From an uncultured Anaerolineaceae bacterium (GTDB lineage: Bacteria; Chloroflexota; Anaerolineae; Anaerolineales; E44-bin32), in the NCBI GenBank assembly GCA_964492745.1, contig CAZBLT010000012.1:5162-69161 (forward strand): a DNA stretch of 64,000 bases. Reading direction: 5' to 3'. The notes below the pieces were generated by a model. The model was not told the origin of the DNA and made no database searches. It saw nothing but the letters and a program-made list of their open reading frames with translations. A program made the position numbers and the translations under genes. The stretch's first letter is position 1. The number at the start of each line of letters is the position of its first letter. Positions 1 to 7,897 of the stretch are shown here, one piece after another.

Positions 1-220
1 TGGGGTGGAATCGGATACCTCCCTTGGAGGGACCGCGGGCGTCGTTGTGCTGCACGCGGTAGCCGAAATAGACATGGATGCTGCCGTCGTCCATGCGGAC
101 GGGGATCTGGAATCGGAACTCCCGCATGGGCCAGCGCAGTACCGAGGCGACGCCGGCGTCGAGGTTGATGGCCTTGGCGGCCTTATCGAATTGAGCTTGT
201 GCCATTTCAAAAGCGTTCAT
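1..220 (-). CDS. gdhA: Glutamate dehydrogenase, N-terminal part (gene runs off the window)
   Basis: Not in the ORF track because it is open at the window edge. Minus-strand translation from the ATG at 218-220 gives [73 protein letters not shown]. The [10 protein letters not shown] block is the Glu/Leu/Phe/Val dehydrogenase signature. Confidence 0.8.
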   Translation of the reverse strand, partial: MNAFEMAQAQFDKAAKAINLDAGVASVLRWPMREFRFQIPVRMDDGSIHVYFGYRVQHNDARGPSKGGIRFHP

Positions 221-308
221 GGTTCATCCCTTTTTGCTGCGGTATAGTGTGATGGTCTCCCGGGTGGTGCACCGATGCGGCATGGCGACATGCCGCCAGG
301 CAGCGGCA

Positions 309-1799
309 TCATGTCTTCGCTGCACCGTTTGGATTCTTAGATCGGCCGGAGGCCAAGTTATCGAGCGCGGCCTGCAGCACTTCTTGCAATAGGGAGGGGT
401 CTGCGCGGCCTTGGCTAGCGCGCATCACCTGCCCGAATAACCAGCGGAAAATGCTTTGTCTCCCGGCCAGGTAGCTTTCAAGCTGGGCAGGGTTCGACTC
501 GAGCACCTGCTGGACGAGCTGTTCGATCGCTTGGCGGTCGCGCATGATCGAAAGCCCCATCGCTTGCACCAGGGACTGTGGATCGCCGCCTGAGTGGAAC
601 ATCTTCTGGAGCACGATCTTGGCGCTCGGGGCATTGATCTGGCCCGACTCGACCAATTGGACCAGGCGGGCCAGTGCACCGGGCTCGAGCCGGGTCTGCG
701 CGATTTCAAGGTTCGCCTGATTAAGGAGGCCAAAGACTTCGCCGGTGATCCAGTTGGCAAGCTTGTCGGCAGGCACCTTGGGAGCGGCCTGGAGGGTGAT
801 CTCGAAGAACTCGGCCATGGAGCGATCTGAGGCAAGCAACCCGGCGCTGTAGGGGGTGAGGCCGTACGCCTTGACGTAGCGGGCCTTCTTGGCTTCTGGG
901 AGTTCGGGGATCTGCTGGCGTATGGTTTCGATCCATTGAGGATCAATATGAAGCGGTGGCAGGTCAGGCTCCGGGAAGTAGCGGTAGTCGTGGGCCTCCT
1001 CTTTGCTGCGCTGCAAAAGGGTGACCTCCCGCTCCTCGTTCCATCCCAGAGTCTCCTGGGTTACTTCGCCCCCGCTGCGCAGGATCTGCTCCTGCCGGGC
1101 GATTTCATATTCGATGGAGCGCGACAATGAGCGGAACGAGTTGAGGTTCTTGATTTCGGTGCGCGTGCCCATCTGAACGCTGCCGACAGTGCGCAGTGAA
1201 ACGTTGGCCTCGAAGCGGATCACGCCCTTTTCCATGTCGCCGCTGTTCACTTCCAGGTAGCGCAAGATGGAGCGCAAGCCCTGCGCGTAGGCGCGGGCTT
1301 CTGCGGCTGAACGCAAGTCGGGTTCGCTTACGATCTCCAGCAAAGGTACGCCCGAACGGTTGTAGTCAACGAGAGAGTAGCCATTGCGGTGGAATAGCTT
1401 TCCGGTGTCCTCCTCGAGGTGTACCCGGCGGATCCGCACGCGCCGTTCGCCCTCGGGCATGAACACATCCAGCCAGCCGTCCACGGCGAGCGGGAGCTCA
1501 TATTGGGAAATCTGATAGCCCTTGGGAAGATCTGGGTAGAAGTAATTCTTGCGGGCGAATAGGCTGGTGGGCAGGATTCGGCAATGGAGCGCCAGAGCGA
1601 CTCGCAAGGCGTATTCCACGGCCTTCTGGTTGATGACAGGGAGAGTGCCGGGCATTCCGGTACAGATTTCGCAGACCGCGGTATTGGGCTCAGCTTGGGT
1701 GGAATCGACGACCGCACATCCGCAGAACATCTTCGAACGAGTGAGAAGTTCTGCGTGGACTTCAAGTCCGATGGTGGGCTCGAATTGGACGTCGGGCAT
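309..1799 (-). CDS. gatB: Asp/Glu-tRNA(Asn/Gln) amidotransferase subunit B
   Basis: 496-aa ORF. The N-terminus MPDVQFEPTIGLEVHAELLTRSKMFCGC and the overall length are typical of GatB. Confidence 0.95.
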   Translation of the reverse strand: MPDVQFEPTIGLEVHAELLTRSKMFCGCAVVDSTQAEPNTAVCEICTGMPGTLPVINQKAVEYALRVALALHCRILPTSLFARKNYFYPDLPKGYQISQYELPLAVDGWLDVFMPEGERRVRIRRVHLEEDTGKLFHRNGYSLVDYNRSGVPLLEIVSEPDLRSAAEARAYAQGLRSILRYLEVNSGDMEKGVIRFEANVSLRTVGSVQMGTRTEIKNLNSFRSLSRSIEYEIARQEQILRSGGEVTQETLGWNEEREVTLLQRSKEEAHDYRYFPEPDLPPLHIDPQWIETIRQQIPELPEAKKARYVKAYGLTPYSAGLLASDRSMAEFFEITLQAAPKVPADKLANWITGEVFGLLNQANLEIAQTRLEPGALARLVQLVESGQINAPSAKIVLQKMFHSGGDPQSLVQAMGLSIMRDRQAIEQLVQQVLESNPAQLESYLAGRQSIFRWLFGQVMRASQGRADPSLLQEVLQAALDNLASGRSKNPNGAAKT

Positions 1800-1840
1800 G
1801 GGCGGATCAGAACCCTAACGGAGAGGAGAATCGAAGGTCG

Positions 1841-2998
1841 TCAGCCATAACGCTCCATGAAGCGCCGCATGCGCTCCAGCGCCTCTTCGATCTTCTCGTA
1901 GGCGGTGGCATAGGAGCAGCGGACGTACTGGCCCTCGGCGCCGAAGGCGTTGCCGGGTACGACGGCCACCTTCTGCTCCTCCAGCAGGCGGGAGGCGAAG
2001 GACTCATCGTCCATGCCGCTTGCCTCGATCGAGGGGAAGGCATAGAAGGCGCCGCGAGGCTCGAAAGTCTTCAAGCCCAACTCGTTGAGTCCATCCACAA
2101 TCAGCCTGCGCCGCCGGTTGTATTCAGCCACCATCATCTGGACATGCTCCTCGCCATGCAGGATCGCCTCTAGAGCGGCCTGCTGGGAGGGCGTGGGAGC
2201 GGACATGATGGTGTACTGGTGGATCTTGCGCATGGCGCTTAGGATGGGGGCCGGCGCGGCGGCATAGCCGATGCGCCAGCCCGTCATGGCGTAATCCTTC
2301 GAGAAGCCGCCTAAGGTGACCGTGCGCTCGCGCATGCCGGGCAAGGAAGCGAAGCAAACATGCGTGTGGTCGTAGACCAGGCGGTCGTAGATCTCGTCTG
2401 AGATGACAAGCAGGTCATGCTTCTCGGCTAGACGACCGATGGCCATCAAGCGCTCGCGGCTCATGACGGCGCCGGTTGGGTTGTTGGGGTAACCGATCAG
2501 CAGCGCCTTTGTCTTGGGCGTGATATATCCCTCGAGATCGGCGGCCTCGACCTGGAAATCGTCCTCCACGCGGGTGGGGAAGGCGACAGGCGTGCCCCCG
2601 GCAAACAAGACTTCGGGCTGGTAGGAGACGAAGCAAGGGGTGGGGACAATCACCTCGTCCCCTGGATCGATGATCGCCGTCAGCGCCAGATAGAGCGCCT
2701 CCGAGACGCCCACCGTGATCAGAATTTCACTATCCGGATCATAGCTCACGCCATAGAGGCGCTCGAGATGGGCTGCGAGCGCCTCGCGCAACTCGTAGAT
2801 GCCAGAATTCGAGGTGTAATGAGTCTGGCCGCGCTGGAGTGACTCGACGCCGGCTTTGAGAATCGGCTCGGGAGTGATGAAGTCAGGTTCTCCGATACCT
2901 AAGGATATGACGTCATCCATGGTAGCGGCGATATCGAAGAAGCGCCGGATTCCGGAGGGTGGGATGGCGGCAATCCGGCGGGCGATGAATTCACGCAT
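1841..2998 (-). CDS. Class I/II pyridoxal-phosphate aminotransferase (AspC-like)
   Basis: Start moved to MREFIARRIAAIPPSGIRRFFD (ATG 2996-2998, GGAG 6 nt upstream). Motifs ISLGIGEPDF, GYPNNPTG and SFSKDYAMTGWRIGY (PLP lysine) are present. The longer track ORF to 3145 overlaps the next gene and its extension is Arg/Pro-rich. Confidence 0.85.
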   Translation of the reverse strand: MREFIARRIAAIPPSGIRRFFDIAATMDDVISLGIGEPDFITPEPILKAGVESLQRGQTHYTSNSGIYELREALAAHLERLYGVSYDPDSEILITVGVSEALYLALTAIIDPGDEVIVPTPCFVSYQPEVLFAGGTPVAFPTRVEDDFQVEAADLEGYITPKTKALLIGYPNNPTGAVMSRERLMAIGRLAEKHDLLVISDEIYDRLVYDHTHVCFASLPGMRERTVTLGGFSKDYAMTGWRIGYAAAPAPILSAMRKIHQYTIMSAPTPSQQAALEAILHGEEHVQMMVAEYNRRRRLIVDGLNELGLKTFEPRGAFYAFPSIEASGMDDESFASRLLEEQKVAVVPGNAFGAEGQYVRCSYATAYEKIEEALERMRRFMERYG

Positions 2999-3036
2999 AT
3001 CTGCTCCTTGTCTCTGCCGCATGGCGGTGAAGCGGC

Positions 3037-3252
3037 TCAGCGCGGGTTGACCATCCAGCGGTCGACGGCTTCCTCGTATGCCAATTCGAAGATGCGGCCC
3101 GCGGTCACCAGGACGCGAAATACACGCCCTCTTGGGGTCCGCCATTGAGCGAGGATTTCCTCCACCTCCAGGCGATCACCCTCCCAATAGAGAGCGGTCG
3201 GGCGCTCTGCATAAGTTGTCCCCGAGTGACATTCCACCTGTATCTCGGTCAT
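3037..3252 (-). CDS. Hypothetical small protein (71 aa)
   Basis: ORF with balanced composition (MTEIQVECHSGTTYAERPTALYWEGDRLEVEEILAQWRTP...). It fits the gap between the nucleotidyltransferase and the aminotransferase on the same strand. No family recognised. Confidence 0.4.
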   Translation of the reverse strand: MTEIQVECHSGTTYAERPTALYWEGDRLEVEEILAQWRTPRGRVFRVLVTAGRIFELAYEEAVDRWMVNPR

Positions 3253-3393
3253 AGGTCTCAGGGATCTCGCCCCTCCGAATCCTCCGGCAAATGCCTTTCG
3301 CGGGCCAGTGGAGGTTGGTCCATGGGCCGCAGGATGAACGTCCCGTTTGAAGGACGCTTCGCTTGGCCCGGATCCATCTGCTCCGAGGCCTCG

Positions 3394-4395
3394 CTATGCC
3401 TCCGGCGCATCGACGACGCAATCGTCCCCAATATTCAGACGATTACGGCAGTCGGAAACCCGCGCGTTCCGGCCGATCAGGGAGCCGACGAGATGGCTGT
3501 TCTCGATCTGGCTGCCAGCCTCGAGGATGCTGTCCCGAATCGTGGAGCCATGAATCGCGCACCCGGCGCCGATGGAGGCATAGGGCCCAATTTCAGAGTT
3601 CGTCACCAGGGCGTCCGCTGCAATATAGACCGGGGGCACCACGGTCACGCCCTCCCGCAGCTGGGCTTCTTCGCTATTGTCCCGGCCATGGGAAAGAAGG
3701 TAGCGGTTGGTCTCTAGGAGCGCATCAGGCTTGCCGCAATCCTGCCAGACATCCACGCGCTCCACCCGCATGCGCAGGCCATCCTCGAGCATGATGTTGA
3801 TGGCATCCGCCAGGTAATACTCGCCGCCGAGTTGTGTTCCCTGGTCCATCTGAGTTTCAATGGCCTGAATCAAGCGCTCGGCCTGCTTGAAATAATATAG
3901 ACCCACCACAGCCAGATTATGTTGAATATCCTGCGGCTTCTCAACCAGGCGTTGCACATAGCCGTCCTCGGCGAGGTGAACGACCCCAAAACGGCGGGGG
4001 TCGTCGACCTCTTTGACCCAGGCAACGGCATCGGCTTGCTCGGTAGCCAGACCCGACAGGTCGGCCTCTACGATCGTATCCACGAACACCATGCACATGG
4101 GGCCCATGAGACCCTCGCGTGCAAGCCAGATGGCGTGGGATTGCCCGAGCATCTCCTCCTGCACCACGTAGCGGGCCTTCAGCTGGGGATAGGTGGCTTC
4201 CACGAATTCCCGGATCTGCTGCCCGAGATAGCCGACGATGAATACCGCCTCTTCGAGGCTGGGCAACGAGGCGAGCATATCCATCACGTGCCCGAGCACG
4301 GGCTTGCCAGCGATGCTGACCAGAGGCTTGGGCTTCGACCACGTATGGGGCCGCAGTCGGGTTCCAAGCCCGGCCATAGGGACTACGATCTTCAT
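3394..4395 (-). CDS. Sugar-phosphate nucleotidyltransferase with C-terminal left-handed beta-helix (long RmlA/GlmU-like)
   Basis: Start at MKIVVPMAGLGTRLRPHTWSKPKPL (G.G.R nucleotidyltransferase loop). The C-terminal hexapeptide-like repeats include IGPYASIGAGCAIHGSTIRDSIL. Its ATG overlaps the gatA stop as ATGA at 4392-4395. Confidence 0.85.
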   Translation of the reverse strand: MKIVVPMAGLGTRLRPHTWSKPKPLVSIAGKPVLGHVMDMLASLPSLEEAVFIVGYLGQQIREFVEATYPQLKARYVVQEEMLGQSHAIWLAREGLMGPMCMVFVDTIVEADLSGLATEQADAVAWVKEVDDPRRFGVVHLAEDGYVQRLVEKPQDIQHNLAVVGLYYFKQAERLIQAIETQMDQGTQLGGEYYLADAINIMLEDGLRMRVERVDVWQDCGKPDALLETNRYLLSHGRDNSEEAQLREGVTVVPPVYIAADALVTNSEIGPYASIGAGCAIHGSTIRDSILEAGSQIENSHLVGSLIGRNARVSDCRNRLNIGDDCVVDAPEA

Positions 4396-5882
4396 GCTGG
4401 ATCCTCCCATGACAGCTCCGGCCGCCTCCGGTGCCATTCGGTTACGCTCTGGTAGGCATGGGTCGCTTGGAAAAGGCGCTCCTCGGCCAGGTGAGGGGCG
4501 TTGAGTTGCATTCCAATCGGGAGCCCATCCCTGTCGAAGCCCACCGGGAAAGCCATACCCGGCAAGCCGGCGAGATTGGCGGGCAGAGTGAAGACATCCT
4601 CCAGGTACATCGAGAGCGGGTCATCTCCATGCTCGCCAATGCGAAACGCTGTTGTTGGGGCCACGGGGCAGGCGATTAAGTCGACCTGTTCGAATGCTTG
4701 CTCGAAGTCCTGCCGAATGAGGGTGCGCACCTTCTGGGCCTGACCGTAGTAGGCGTCGTAGTAGCCTGCAGAAAGGGCGTAGGTTCCCAGCATGATTCTG
4801 CGCTTGACTTCGGGACCGAATAGCTGCCCGCGTGTGAGTAAGTACTGCTCGATCAAATCCTGCCCCTCGACGCGTGGGCCGAAGCGGACGGCATCGTAGC
4901 GCGCCAGGTTGGCGGAGGCCTCCGCGGGTGCAATCAAGTAGTAGACCGGCAAGGCCAGGTCTGTATGGGGCAGGCTGATCTCATGGATTTCGGCCCCATT
5001 GGCCTCGAACACACCGATGGCGGCCCGCACTGCGTGTTCGACATCTTCTTGCATACCCTCGATGAAATATTCCTTGGGCACGCCGATCTTCAAACCCTTG
5101 ATCGAGATGCCCTCCAACGAGATTGGCGGTACCGGGTCAGGCAGGCTGGTGGAGTCCAACGGGTCACGGCCAGCCATCGTCAGGAAGATGGGCAGCAAGT
5201 CCTGGGCCGACCTCGCCAGGGCTCCGACCGTGTCGAGGGAGGAGCCATAGGCGATCAGGCCGTAGCGGGAAACCCGGCCGTAGGAGGTCTTCAGACCTGT
5301 CAGGCCGCAAAAGGAGGCCGGCTGGCGCACCGAGCCGCCTGTGTCGGTGCCCAGGGCGGCCGGGCACATTCGTGCTGCGACCGCCGCTGCGGAGCCACCG
5401 GAGGAGCCGCCCGGGACGCGTGCAAGATCCCAGGGGTTATGGGTTGGGCCATAGGCGGAGTTTTCGGTGGAGGAGCCCATGGCGAATTCATCGGTGTTAG
5501 TCTTGCCCAAGACGATCGCACCGGCTTGCAGCAGGCGCGCTACGCTTGTTGCCGTATAAGGCGGCCGGAATCCTTCCAGGATGCGGGACCCACAAGTGGT
5601 GGGCACGCCCTCGATGCAAAGGACGTCCTTGATCGCCATGGGAATGCCTATGAGGGGAGGGAGAGGGCTGTCTGGCGACTTCCTCCAGGCCCTTAGGCGG
5701 TCGTCCGCCGCGCGCGCCTGGTTCAGGGATAGATTGGGCGTGAGGGCTAGGAAGGCGTGGATATGCTGATCCAGCGCCTCAATACGCTCGAGGCAGGCCC
5801 GGGTCAGATCCTCCGCCGAGAAGTCGCCGCGACGTAATGCCTGAGCAGCTTCATGCAGGGAGAATTCGGTGAGATCGGTCAT
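4392..5882 (-). CDS. gatA: Glu-tRNA(Gln) amidotransferase subunit A
   Basis: 496-aa ORF with the amidase signature GGSSGGSAAAVAA and ...TDTGGSVRQPASFCG. Confidence 0.95.
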   Translation of the reverse strand: MTDLTEFSLHEAAQALRRGDFSAEDLTRACLERIEALDQHIHAFLALTPNLSLNQARAADDRLRAWRKSPDSPLPPLIGIPMAIKDVLCIEGVPTTCGSRILEGFRPPYTATSVARLLQAGAIVLGKTNTDEFAMGSSTENSAYGPTHNPWDLARVPGGSSGGSAAAVAARMCPAALGTDTGGSVRQPASFCGLTGLKTSYGRVSRYGLIAYGSSLDTVGALARSAQDLLPIFLTMAGRDPLDSTSLPDPVPPISLEGISIKGLKIGVPKEYFIEGMQEDVEHAVRAAIGVFEANGAEIHEISLPHTDLALPVYYLIAPAEASANLARYDAVRFGPRVEGQDLIEQYLLTRGQLFGPEVKRRIMLGTYALSAGYYDAYYGQAQKVRTLIRQDFEQAFEQVDLIACPVAPTTAFRIGEHGDDPLSMYLEDVFTLPANLAGLPGMAFPVGFDRDGLPIGMQLNAPHLAEERLFQATHAYQSVTEWHRRRPELSWEDPA

Positions 5883-5927
5883 AGGCAGGGATGTATTCTC
5901 AAGGCGGCGCGTTGTGCTTGGCGGGCC

Positions 5928-6215
5928 TCATTCGAGCACGGGCGGCACCCGGAACATCCCCTCCTCCACCTGGGGCGCGTTTTCGAGCAGCTTCTCCCGC
6001 GGCGGGTTTGGCCGGGGCTCGTCTCGCCGGAGCGGGGCGTGCAGGGGCAGGACGGTGGCTGTGGGTGGAATCCCGGAGGTGTCCACAGCGAGCAGCCGTG
6101 CTGCGTAGTCCAGGATCGCCGAGAGCTGCTCGGTGTAGCGTTGCTCCTCCTCCGCAGACAGGCGCAACCGGGCCAGGGAGGCGATGTGCCGCACTTCTTC
6201 GATGGTTAGGGCCAT
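5928..6215 (-). CDS. gatC: Asp/Glu-tRNA amidotransferase subunit C
   Basis: Start at MALTIEEVRHIASLARLRLSAEEEQRYTEQLSAILDYA (ATG 6213-6215), 95 aa, a typical GatC. The upstream extension of the track ORF is Pro/Ser/Arg-rich. Confidence 0.9.
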   Translation of the reverse strand: MALTIEEVRHIASLARLRLSAEEEQRYTEQLSAILDYAARLLAVDTSGIPPTATVLPLHAPLRRDEPRPNPPREKLLENAPQVEEGMFRVPPVLE

Positions 6216-6224
6216 GGCAAGCGA

Positions 6225-6233
6225 ATTATAGCA
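6225..6233 (-). promoter_or_regulatory. Extended -10 element TGCTATAAT 9 nt upstream of the gatC ATG
   Basis: The minus strand reads CTCGCTCTGCTATAATTCGCTTGCCATGGC. No Shine-Dalgarno fits between the -10 and the ATG. Confidence 0.45.
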
Positions 6234-6267
6234 GAGCGAGCCTCTCTGGGGCTTCAACCGCCGGGGG

Positions 6268-7488
6268 CTAGGGCGATGCTTCGAGCACCCCCTCGAGGAG
6301 CTTATCGAAGGCGGGAAGAGCGACGCCATCGTGGAAGGCGGTTTCGAAGGCCCGCCGGGCCCTTTCACCTAAGGAGTCGCGATTGGAGCGATCCTGCCGC
6401 AGACCCCGAAGGAAAGATACGACCCCATCCACATCACCATGGCGCAGGCTCAACCCGCATTCATAGCGCTCGATGGCGAGGTCCACGTTGCTGCCGGGCG
6501 GACCGATATAGAGCACCGGCAGGCCCATCGCGAGGTAGGCGTGCAACTTGCTGGGGCTGATGACTCCCAAGGCTTCATCTTTGAGGGTGATCAATCCGCA
6601 ATCGCCGGTGGCGAGAACCGGAAGACGCAACGTTTCTGGTACGTAGGGATACAGGTGCAGGTTGGATAAGTTTCGGACAGAGCGCTGTTCTTGAAGCCAG
6701 TCCCACTTGGTGCCACCTCCCACGAACGCGAAGGCGATAGGCTCATCCCTCAGCCGCTCGGCCGCCGACAGGACACTCTCGAAATCGTGACCCATGCCCG
6801 CATTCCCCATGTAGAGCACCACAAACCTTCCCTCGAGCTCGGGCGGTCGCCAGGGCTTGCTGTGGGCGGTGGGCAAGAAGGTCTCCCCCGGCTCCCAGTT
6901 GGGGATGACCGCCGCAAACTCTCCGAGATGGGCGGAGGGGTACTGTCCCGTCAAAAGAGATTTCATGGCCGGGTCAGGGCAGACCAAGCCATCCAAGTGC
7001 TGGAACAGCCAGCGGTTCAGGTTGCGCATCATCCGGCTGATCCATCCGGCGGGGCGGATGATGCCCGTGCGCTCGAGCATCTCCGGGTAGCAATCCATGC
7101 TCCAGAGAACAACCTTTGTGTGCGGGTGGAGCAATTTATATAAGGCGGCCGCCAGCGCTATGAAGGGAGGGGTCGTGAGTGACAACAAGAGATCCTGCCT
7201 GGGCAAAAGCAGAACGCGAAGCGTGGCCAGCAGATAAAAGGCGCCGTAGTCGGCCACTCTCGTAAGAAAATTAGCCTTGCCGAGCCCTGGGGTCCAGATT
7301 TGGCGTATACGTAGGCCGGCTCTCTGGGTTTGGCGGCCTGGCGAACGTGCACCGACATAGCCGCCGGAGCCTGTGACAACGGTGACCTCGTCGCCGAGGG
7401 CCGCGCGGTGCTCTGCCAATTGGGCAGCAAGCTGCCCAGTGGGAGCGAGATCAGGAGCGAAGAATTGATTGATGATCGTCAGGCGCAC
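6268..7488 (-). CDS. Glycosyltransferase, GT4 family (WcaI-like)
   Basis: Contains RLTIINQFFAPDLAPTGQLAAQLAEHRA...VTVVTG and a C-terminal GT1-fold region. The start is uncertain. GTG at 7488 is preceded by AGGA; the track start is TTG at 7539. Confidence 0.8.
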   Translation of the reverse strand: MRLTIINQFFAPDLAPTGQLAAQLAEHRAALGDEVTVVTGSGGYVGARSPGRQTQRAGLRIRQIWTPGLGKANFLTRVADYGAFYLLATLRVLLLPRQDLLLSLTTPPFIALAAALYKLLHPHTKVVLWSMDCYPEMLERTGIIRPAGWISRMMRNLNRWLFQHLDGLVCPDPAMKSLLTGQYPSAHLGEFAAVIPNWEPGETFLPTAHSKPWRPPELEGRFVVLYMGNAGMGHDFESVLSAAERLRDEPIAFAFVGGGTKWDWLQEQRSVRNLSNLHLYPYVPETLRLPVLATGDCGLITLKDEALGVISPSKLHAYLAMGLPVLYIGPPGSNVDLAIERYECGLSLRHGDVDGVVSFLRGLRQDRSNRDSLGERARRAFETAFHDGVALPAFDKLLEGVLEASP

Positions 7489-7897
7489 ACCGAATCCTAG
7501 GCGACTGGAGCGCTCAGGCTCGAGATCAAGACGGCTCAAGTTTACTGTATTCTCAGGAACATGGGGTTCGGGATATTGCGCCGGCAGCCAAGCGACTGAT
7601 TGCTAAGGCCGAGCTGAATGTGTGCGCCTTCTTTGGGAGGATGATTCCTGCCGGTGGAGCGGCCAGGCTTCCACGATCTGGGCTCCCAGCTCACACAAGG
7701 CGTAATCGACCATCCCGCCAGCAAGGATGCATGTGATCCATCCGTCCCGCAGTCGGTATGGACGCAGTGCTAGCCCTGAACCACCCGACCGGGTCCTGGA
7801 GTGAGGGGTACGCCGAGGCCGCTTTCTGGGCCTGAACGTCTTCGTTGTGCTTGAATCTGCCATATCTGAATTGTACTCGGCGGGCCTTAAGTGATTG

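Noticed and set aside
5-247. 80-aa plus-strand ORF at the left edge.
   Set aside because: The opposite strand encodes a clear glutamate dehydrogenase N-terminus starting at 220.
277-296. Perfect 8-bp stem GCGGCATG-GCGA-CATGCCGC downstream of gatB, considered as a terminator.
   Set aside because: There is no U-tract on the transcribed strand, so I could not support a terminator call.
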